A DNA stretch of 64,000 nucleotides from Octopus sinensis (lineage: Eukaryota). The notes beneath the pieces were generated by a model. That model saw nothing but the letters and a program-made list of their open reading frames with translations. It made no database searches and was not told where the DNA came from. The stretch is taken from NCBI RefSeq assembly GCF_006345805.1, contig NC_043006.1:37510001-37574000 (forward strand). Reading direction: 5' to 3'. The position numbers and the translations under genes were made by a program. Below are positions 54,176 through 64,000 of this stretch, piece after piece (positions within the stretch are counted from its first letter, which is position 1; the number at the start of each line of letters is the position of its first letter).

Positions 54176-55560
54176 TTTATGTTTAACCCCACAGTCTCTT
54201 ATATGGTGGTTTAATAAAGTATGTGATTGAGTATTATCTGGTAATTGATATTTGATTTAGATGTATTTCTCCATTTTCTTATCTTGTATTAGTAATTTGT
54301 GGTAAATCATTTTACCTTTGCCCATATAATACAGTAAATGAATTGATTGCATCGCAATCATTATATTTATGTATTAACTTTGTGGGTACTTCACTAGCAG
54401 TATATTGGATATATGTTATCCCATGGAGGGTTGCATTTACAACCTCTATCTCAATTTGTATATATATATATATATATATATAACTCAGATAAATCTGATA
54501 CTGAATAAACATATAATCCATTTTTTTAACGAGTAGTAGTATGTATGTATGTATGATGTATGGTATGGATGGATGGATGGATGGATGGATGGATGGATGG
54601 ATGGATGGATGGATGGATGATGGATGCGATATGTTTTTAGAATATACTCTTTAGTGGGGAAGCTACTGAACGTTGGTCATAGGGACGGTGGATTCAGATC
54701 CATTCATACACTCCGCGTTCTGATTCGAAAAAAGAAAAGAAAGAAAATAGGATGTAGTGTCGTGTATTAAGATTTATTCAAATGTTAGCTATATAATAAA
54801 ATCGTAAAGGAATAATATTGCTATCAAATTTTGGCACAAGGTTAGTAATTCTCGTAGGATGAGCTTAGTCGATTACATCCATCATCACTACCACCACTAC
54901 CACCACCACCTCAGTGCTGAATTGGTACTTATTTTATCGACCCCGGATGGATGAAATGAATAGTCAATCTGGGCGGGATTGAAACTCAGAACGTAGATAT
55001 CGGAAGAAAAGCTACTAAGCATTTTGTCCGACCTGATAACCATATTTTGAACACGCCGCCTTCCATAACAGATTTATATTAAGGATACATTTTGTTTTGT
55101 TTATTTCTTGACGTAAATACTGGTTTCAAATTTTGGCACAAGGCCAGCAATTTTAGGATCGGGGTAAGTCGATTGCACCAACCCCAGTACTCAGCTGCTA
55201 CTTATTTTATTGATTCCGAAGGGTGAAAGGCAAGGTCGACTTCAGCAGAATTTGAACTCAGAACGTAAAGACGAATGAAATGCCGCTAAGCATTTTGTCC
55301 AACATGCTAACGATTCTGCCAGCTTGCAGTCTTAAGGAATAATCGACCTCAACGAAATTTGAACTCAAGACGGGCAAACTACCGCTAAGCAATTTACCCG
55401 GCGTGCAAAAACATCTGCCAGCGCGTCTCCCTTCTTGATGTAAATAGTAACCCTCTTGGGACACCTGGGTCGACTGACCGGCCCAAGTGACACAAGCTGA
55501 AGTATAATAACCTATCAGAGATCGTCCTTCAGTAGATATAATATAAAAGTATATATTCTG

Positions 55561-55987
55561 TTACTTGTTTCAGACCTTTGACTGCGGCCATGCTGGAGCA
55601 CCGCCTGTAATCGAGCAAATCGACCCCAGGACTCATTCTTTGTAAGCCTAGTAGTTATTTTATCGGTTCCTTTAGTCGAACCGCTAAGTTTGCGGGGACG
55701 TAAATACATCGGTTGTCAAGTGATGCTACGGAGACAAACACAGACACACAAATATATACATACATACATACACACACACACATACATACATACATACATA
55801 CATACATACATACATACATACATACATACATACATACATACGACGGGCTTCTTTCGGTTTCCGTCTACCAAATCCAATCACAAGGCTATAGTAGAAGACA
55901 CTTGCCCAAGATGTCACACAGTGGGACTGAACCCGGAACCATGTGGTTGGGAAGTAAGCTTCTTACCACACAGCTACGCTCGCGCCT
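55561..55987 (-). mobile_element. SINE family A with internal (TACA)n
   Basis: Homology to other family A copies. Confidence 0.85.
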
Positions 55988-57553
55988 ATAATGTATATAG
56001 TTTTACATACTAATGAAAGAATTTTGGGCACTTTATCCTTTGTTTTCTATATGTCCCCTTCGATTTCAGTCTCAACAGAAAATACATTTCGGTCTTATTC
56101 GCTACACATACCAAAACACCGTGTGCCTCAAAAGGGCTAAAACAAGAAAAAACAGAAAGGTAATAATGCTCTGAGTAGAAGAAAATCTAATAGATTTACT
56201 TAGCGAACGAAAGAGATAGGATTCAGATTGCCGGAAAAAACGGGGAGCCTCTACACAGCCACTTAATCTTCTTGAAATAGTAGCTAATCACTTTTAAATA
56301 ACATCACAACAACTAAACACAGATACGACACATTGAAGGTATTTTTGAATACATTAGGTCTGTAATATAAAAAAAAAACAATAGCATGATTATTTCTGAA
56401 AAGTTTTTGTCCTTCGCTCGTGGCATAGAAAAATTGCTGAGAAAATAAATTATTCAGATATATCTAAACCGCTTAACTAATAATTAGAAACTGAGTAGGG
56501 TTTACTTTTAAAATCACGATTGTTGGCTGTTACATTTTTGTGTTGTCAGCACAGAGCATGAATGGCTACAAATATTTTCTCGAATTGAATTAATTATGAC
56601 TATGTGTGTGGTATGGATAACACGTATAGTACAAATAAAATACATCTAGTCTCGTTTATCGCGGGCGTTTGGTTGCAACAAACATAAATAAATACCGAGT
56701 AAAATAAATCACAGATGAATGAATAAAAGAACATATGGGGAAAATAGGTTTCGTTCCGAAAACCCAAGTTGTCCTGAGCATTGTGGTTAATCACTGGGGT
56801 ACACTTTTGCAGTCCAAGCAGAATCTTTGATGGATCGCCAACCCGTGTTATTACAGATCAATTCGTGATAAATGTAACATGGTTCACCATTGAGTGTACC
56901 GTGTTACTTGGATACATATACATGGATCAGTGATAAACGAGGAAAGGTATATTCTTAACTCGACTGGTGGACGAAATGAAGTTAGTTTTCAGTTGAAATT
57001 GAAACTGTTTCATTGTTATTTCATTATGTTTCATTTTTATTGATTTTGTTTGTTCTTTTTAAATGATATCGTTAAAGTTAGCTGCTATTTCTAGCAAGTG
57101 TTGCGGGGCGACTGCGACGGTGTATATAACCAACGTTTGTTCGATCATACAATAATTAATTAAGTCGATGATGTCATCATAACAACCTCATATCCGAAGA
57201 ATAACAAAAATAAACTCGTATGTTTCGCAATGTCGCCGACAGTTCAAAACTTGAAATATCGTAGATATGGGAAAAGAGAATTGAAATAATAAAAAAAAAG
57301 AAAGAAAAATCAAAATTAAAATAAAAAAAAAATTCAAAAGCACTAAATAAAAACTTGTTTGCATTCATGAATAAATTATATTCTCTTGACATTTATATGT
57401 CAGTCTGAAAGGAATGTTGTGTATTTTACACGCTGCTTTTTGTTGTTGCTTTTAATGTTTTAATTTCCATTTATACAATTCCATGCCTTCTGCTATTGTT
57501 CAGTGTTTTTTAGATAAATATGTTAATCGAGTCGATCTACTACAATACACACA

Positions 57554-57591
<38 letters not shown>

Positions 57592-57649
57592 TATCTACTG
57601 TAAGTCATCGCGGCTATGATTGTTCATGGCTTTGTCGTAACTCTCCTTA

Positions 57650-58015
57650 CCAGTCGGTCTTTCACTTTGGGTTTGTCAGTTGCTACAATCAATTCTTTTC
57701 CAATTCATATTCTTTTTCGTTATATCTTTTGAATCTCAATCTTGTCTTCAATGGTTTCTTTTCCCCTTACATAGTCGGGAGTAAAAGGAGCTGTCTGGGG
57801 AGTCTGTTGTTGTCTATCCTGTGTACGTGTCCCAACCAGCATGAATTTCTGACAGCGATGATTTCCATTTCAGGATACGGACCAGCACACCGTAGAACCT
57901 CTTCATTCCTGATTTTGTCAAAGAGAGTGATGTCCACAATTCGTCTCAGCTATGCAGGTAATTTGTTTGCTTGAGCTTTGTAAACTGTCCAGGTTTCAGC
58001 TCCACATATCGGGGA
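57650..58015 (-). mobile_element. Decayed RTE-like LINE reverse transcriptase C-terminal fragment
   Basis: Minus strand ICGAETWTVYKAQ...LRRIVDITLFDKIRNEEVL...WLGHVHRIDNNRLPRQLL. Confidence 0.8.
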
Positions 58016-58606
58016 AGAAAGCACTAAAGCCAGGTACACATTGCATTTAACACCTCTAGAAACATGCTTACACACACACACACACTCACATATATATGTG
58101 TGTGTGTATGTATATATATATATATATGTACGTATGCATATATTTGTGTGTGTGTGTGAGTGTATGTGTGTTTGTGTGTGTGTGTGTTTGCCACCCCCAC
58201 CCCCCGCAATCGCTTGACAACCGATACTGGTGTGATTATGTCCCCGTAACTTAGCGGTTCAGCAAAAGACTGATAGAATAAGTACTAGGCCTATAAAGAA
58301 GAGACACCAAAGTCCTGGGATCAATTTGTTCGACTAACAAATTAGTATAAAGTGGTACTCCACCATGACCGCAGTCAAATGACTATATATATATTCATAA
58401 ATATTGTATATGCATACATTCATATATCATTTATCTTTTACTTGTTTCAGTCATCTGACTGCGGCCTTGCTGGAACACCACCTTGAAGGGTTTTAGTTGA
58501 ACAGATCGACCCCAGGACTTCGTTTTTCAAATTTAAAAGGTATTCTATCGGGTCTCTTTTTTAACGAAACGCTAAGTTAGACGTAAATACATCAACACGG
58601 TTTGTC

Positions 58607-58642
<36 letters not shown>

Positions 58643-58663
58643 ATGTATGTAATGTATGTATGT

Positions 58664-58962
58664 GGAGGCGCAATGGCCCAGTGGTTAAGGCAGCGGACTC
58701 GCGGTCTTAGGATCGCAGTTTCGATTCCCAGACCGGGCTTTGTGAGTGTTTATTGAGCAAAAACACCTAAAGCTCCACGAGGCTCAGACAGGGGGTGGTG
58801 GTGATCCCTGTTGTACTTTTTCACCACAACTTTCTCACTCTTTCTTCTGTTGGCCTGCTCGCTTAGCCAGCGGGGTGGCGTCATCGAAGGCTAAAACAAT
58901 GCGAAGCGCATTGTGACCAGAGATGTGTAGCAACATCTGATAGCCTGGTCGGTCAAGTGATA
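58664..58962 (+). mobile_element. tRNA-derived SINE family C
   Basis: Near-identical to 53617-53924. Confidence 0.9.
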
Positions 58963-60289
58963 TATATATATATTATGTGAAGTTTGGTGTCTCTTCCCAT
59001 ATTCTTCTGAGTTTATCATCCACTAAGATCACATTAGTTAAACCCAAAACTATCCAGAGGGTGCTTTTGTCCCACTTAGAAGATTTTGAATGTGTAGAGG
59101 AGGAGGTTCCTTTGCTGGGTCGATACGCAATCAACTTTCTTTTTATTTTTCACAAGATGCAGTTAGGGTGTGAGCTTATTGTTGAACTCATACACTTTAG
59201 TATGCTATCTAAATACTAAATTTTATTGTTGTCATGGGTCATCAGTTATTGAGCAGATCTCTGATCAACATTGACTAACCGTAAGAATCCCGTCTTTTAT
59301 TCAGTTAGGTAGCATCTATGTAGCACCATTGTCTTATTTTAAGTCGTAAAGCTGAGCTCTAACACACTTATGACCGCTGATTTTATTTCGTTGGCCGACG
59401 ACAAGAGCGACTCACTGTTGAATTAACAATCTGGGTTTTAGTGGGAATGTACGTTCATTATTCTTTGTTCAGTAATTTGAGACTATATTCAGATGTCTTC
59501 TATTTTTACAAGAAAATTCTTGCTGTAGACAGCAGTCTTTCTTCTTTTAAACAAGTGCATCTTTTAGCATAGAAAGGTATTTTGATGACATTTAAAGCAA
59601 AGCACTGAGTATACATACGTAAAAATTGACACAGATGTGTGATATAGTCGGCATTGTTGGTTGCTTCAGAATGGTTCAGAGCTACATTATCGCTTTCATG
59701 CATCACATATCTTGTGGCGGTCTTTTGTTCTTCATATGTATGTACGAATGTATGTATAAGAAAACCATCATCCAGATTTTCTTATTTGAATTCTGTTCGC
59801 CCTGATTTGAAATTTTGACAGAGGACCAGTAATTTCGGTGAAGGAGGTAAGTCGATTACATCAACTCAGTGCTCTCCCGGTGCTTATTTTATCGATCCCG
59901 AAAGAACGATAGGCCAAATCAACAGCGTCGGTATTTGAACTCAGAAAGTAAAGACGGACGAAATACCTTTTTCTTTACTACCCACAAGGGGCTAAACAGA
60001 TAAATGGATTAAGTCGATTACATCGATCCCAGTGCGTAACTGGTACTTAATTTATCGACCCCGAAAGGATGAAAGGCAAAGTCGACCTCGGCGGAATTTG
60101 AAATCAGAACGTAGCGGCAGACGAAATACCGCTAAGCATTTCGCTCGGCGTGCTAACGTTTCTGCCAGCTCACAGCCCAAAATACGGTTTATATTAAACG
60201 ATATTTATCTTTCACTGAACGGAGGAGCACTTTTTGTTGATCAGATCTATAACGGAACAGTAAATAATGTGTGTGTGTGTGTGTGTGTG

Positions 60290-60325
<36 letters not shown>

Positions 60326-60919
60326 CTGAATATTTGTTTATATAAAATCCTTTATATATGAATGTATAATACATTCTATACACACACACGCGCACGCATT
60401 TATATCCTTCTATATGCATGTGTACGCACGCAGGCACGCACGCATGCATGTACGTATGTATGTATATGTGTGTGTATCTTCTTTTATCTTCTATCTTCTA
60501 TTTGTTTCAGTTATCGGACAGCGGCCATGCTGGGTCACCGCCTTGAAGTGTTTAGTCAAACAAATCGGCTCCAATACTTATACTGTTCTTTTGCCGAACT
60601 GCTATCAACCAGGAGTGGGGTGAATACATACATAAACACACACACACTCACACATACACAAACATGCACATACATACATACATACATACATACATACATA
60701 CATACATACATACATACATACATACATACATACATACATACATACATGGTGGCTTCCCCCTCGTTGATAAAGCACGAAGCTTTATCAATGTTGTTATCGT
60801 GCAATGCCTGTGCAAGAATTTTTATTTGAAGTGAGGAAAGGCTGTACACTGAGTCAATCCCACTCACTAAGCAACAACAGCCATAATCCGAAAAGAAAAA
60901 CAAGTCAACATCATCGGTA

Positions 60920-61276
60920 ACCACTGAGCCGCAGATTTATGTCAGAGTTATCCCAGTTACCTTCTAGAAGGATGCCCTAACAAAGGCTAGGAGTCCTTCA
61001 CTCCCAATGGTTTAACCGCGCGATCGGGTATTCAGTCCGATTATTTCTATGTCCCCGCGCATGATACAGCCTTAAGACATTTATTGGATGACCGTTGACT
61101 CTCAAGAGTTCCTCCGCCCTTTGACGGGTTTTGTTTTTCATCCCGCAGGGTGTCCAATAAACACCCTCCTCACCAAACAAGCTTGGTGGGGTTGCCGGTT
61201 TAGTCGCCGACGACCCGACCGTGCAACAGGTTGTACTGGGTTACATGTTACCAGTAGCACTCGAAAGTGACGTGAC
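60920..61276 (-). mobile_element. GC-rich structured repeat resembling an RTE-type 5' UTR
   Basis: Multiple hairpins; cctagcctttgttagggcatccttctagaagg...aactctga resembles an RTE leader motif recalled from memory; starts at a (TACA)n tract. Confidence 0.4.
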
Positions 61277-61409
61277 ATACATACATACATACATACATAC
61301 ATACACGCGACGGGTATCCAAGCAGAATCCGTCAACCAAATTCATGGCCCTTGACTTAGCAGAGAGGAGAATACACACTGTTGTTGCTGCAGTCTGTATT
61401 TTTAGTGAA

Positions 61410-61728
61410 GATGTGTGACTTAGCATTTAGGGTATTCTGTTCACGATCGTTTGGTCATGAGTTCGATTCCCGGTGGCGCTTTGTGTCTTTGAGCAAGACA
61501 CCTTATGTCACCTTGCTCAACTCCACTCAGCGGGCAAAATAGAATGGTACATGTATTTCAAAGGGCCTGCTTTGTCACATTCTATGTCCCACTGAATCTC
61601 TCAGGGAACTACGCTAAGGGTACACATATCTGTGGAGTGCTCAGGCACTTGCGCATTAATTTCACGAGGAGACCGTTGCGATGATTGGATCAACTGGAAC
61701 CCTCGTCGTCGTAACCGACGGAGTTCCA
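61410..61728 (+). mobile_element. SINE family D
   Basis: Homologous to 8271-8586. Confidence 0.85.
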
Positions 61729-62051
61729 CGTAAATATTGCATTAGGAAACGATACCTGTACAGTAATAAAGCAATGTAAGTCCCCTGGACATTGCTGTTT
61801 CAAATCCTTGGACTGACTCACGTAGCCGGTTATTCGATTTCCATGGTGCATAAGTGACTGAGATCACAACAGACTCCCTGGACGGAACGCCAGTCCATCA
61901 CAGAGTTACTCACCTACAGCTGTTTGGAGTGGAGCGACGTGAATTGATTTGCTCAAAAGAAAAATACAACGCATCACCAGGTCTGCGAATAGAAACCCAG
62001 ACCCTTACGTTGTAAGTACAATATCCTAATCATCAGGTGAAGAGCCTTACC

Positions 62052-62363
62052 TGGCATTCTGTCGGTTACAACGAGGATGGTCCCAGGTGATTCGATCAAC
62101 GGAACAGTCTGCTCGTGAAATTAACCTATAAGTGGCTGAGCACTCCACAGACACGTAGTTCTTAGCGGGATTCAGCGTGACACAGAATGTGACACGGCTG
62201 GCCCCTTGAAATACAAGTACAACCCATGTTTGCCAGCTGAATGGATTGGAGTATTGAGAAATAAAGCGTCTTGCTCAAGGACATAATGTGCCGCCGAGAA
62301 TTGAACTCACGACCTTACGAACGTGAGCTTAATAACCCTAAAAAGTAAACCATGCGCCTTCAC
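62052..62363 (-). mobile_element. SINE family D
   Basis: Reverse-complement homolog of 8271-8586. Confidence 0.85.
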
Positions 62364-62692
62364 CTAAGAACTTTGACAAAGTTACAAACGCTTTTATAGG
62401 AATGACACAACCGAAACTGTCAGCATCACCTCCGAAGGTTTTAGTCGACCGAATCAACCCAAGTATTTTTACTGTGTTTTATTATTTTTTTTTGGCGGGG
62501 GTTGCTACTAATTCTATCAGCCACTTTTGCCAAAATCGCAAACACACACACACACACATACACAGCAAGATGTCACGCAGTAGGACTGAATCTAGAACCA
62601 GGTAGATGAAAAGCAACCTTCTTATCAAAGTCATGTCAGAACCTACTTGAACAATCTCTGTTGCGTTTTTTCGTATGATGTCCCATAGTAAA

Positions 62693-63232
62693 TACGAGGA
62701 TGAGTAAAAAAGTAATGCCATTTTGTTAAGGATAGGTGTAATTACCAACACAAGAGCATGTATCATATATCAAAATGAAGCTGGTCCTCTGTAGATCACA
62801 TTCCTATTTCTCAACATAGTCATCGTTTCTCTCAATAGCAATGTTCCACCTCCGAATAAGAGCATGTATCCCTGCCCCGTAAAATTCTGTTGACTGTTCT
62901 TGAGCTACTTCTTCACAACAGTTTTCACTTCCTCGTCACTGGAATAATGTTTGCCCCTCAAGCCCTCTTTCATGGGGCCGAAGAGATGATAGTCTGAAGG
63001 CGCTAAATTTGGTTACGAGGAAGTGGTTAAAAGAACAGAATTTTACGGGGCAGGGATATATGCTCTCATTCGAAGGTGGAACGTTGCTATTGAAAGAAAC
63101 GGTGACTATGTTGAGAGGTAGGGATGTGATCCACAGAGGACCAGGTTCATTTTGATGCATGATACATGCTCCTGTGTCGGTAATTATACCTGTCCTAAAC
63201 AAAATGGCATTACTTTTTGACTCACCCTCCTA
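62693..63232. mobile_element. Palindromic mariner derivative built from two 3' ends
   Basis: Minus strand PNLAPSDYHLFGPMKEGLRGKHY; plus strand GQGIYALIRRWNVAIERNGDYVER*; ~210-bp inverted arms ending in TA. Confidence 0.9.
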
Positions 63233-63435
63233 TATCACATATTGTGATTTATTTCAAAGAAATAAATTACTAAACTTACATGCAGACATTCATGTCCTTT
63301 CTCACGGTGACTTGCCCTGTCATTTTTTTCTCATGTCGTGACTATTCTGTAATTTTTTTCTGTTTTTTTTTCTCGACTAATCATATTATTAACATGAGTT
63401 TTAAAGACTTTGTAGCGAGGCGAATGAGATCGTGT

Positions 63436-63832
63436 AAGGCGGCGTGCTGGCAGAAACGTTAGAACGCTGGGCGAAATGCTTAGCGGTATTTCGTATGCCA
63501 TTACGTTCTGAGTTCAAATTCCGCCGAGGTCGACTTTGCCTTTCATCCTTTCGGAGTCGATAAATTAAGAGCCAGTTACGCACTGGGGTCGATATAATCG
63601 ACTTAATCCGTCTGTCTGTCCTATTTTGTCTCCTCTGTGTTTAGCCCCTTGTGGGTAGTAAAGAAATAGGTATTTCGTCTGGCGCTACGTTCTGATTTCA
63701 AATTCCGCCGGGGTCGACTTTGCCTTTCATCCTTTCGGGGATCGATAAATTAAGTACCAGCTGCGTACTGGGTAGATCTAATCGACCGGTCCCCTCTACA
63801 AAAATTTTGAGCCTTGTGCCTAGAGTAGAAAA
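63436..63832 (+). mobile_element. SINE family B, full length with 14-bp TSD
   Basis: gaatgagatcgtgt (63422-63435) and gaatgacatcgtgt (63833-63846) flank a tRNA-like head plus duplicated body. Confidence 0.9.
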
Positions 63833-63947
63833 GAATGACATCGTGTGTTTTTCATGGCTTCCTTGAAGAAACATAAAGTAAACTATTGTAAAAGTCCATG
63901 TATAATACACCACTATTCACACACACACACACACACCACACACACAC

Positions 63948-64000
<53 letters not shown>

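Overview
This is AT-rich, microsatellite-saturated eukaryotic DNA. The SINE families and repeat landscape look like a coleoid cephalopod (Octopus-type), which is recognition from memory rather than a database hit. No intact host protein-coding gene is supported, and almost all ORF-track entries are microsatellite artefacts. The window is a transposon graveyard. It holds dozens of tRNA-derived SINE copies (at least 4-5 families), decayed Tc1, mariner, hAT (SPIN/Charlie-like) and Helitron coding remnants, RTE and Tx1/L1 LINE fragments, several MITEs (one young, with ~190-bp TIRs and a perfect 8-bp TSD), a (TAA)n-embedded repeat and a tRNA-iMet pseudogene. The most interesting signal is invisible to the ORF track: about 15 recognisable, plus several degraded, minimal type-I hammerhead ribozyme motifs on both strands. 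They sit in mutually unrelated short modules, mostly beside (TA)n/(TG)n tracts and often inside long inverted repeats, the pattern known for Penelope-like element termini and retrozymes. One copy is fully canonical (33295-33411, minus strand). Non-canonical cores recur in independent sequence families: UUGAUAA (U3:A8 covariation), CCGAUGA (U4C) and an extra nucleotide after A9. All folds were done by eye and coordinates of decayed elements are approximate.
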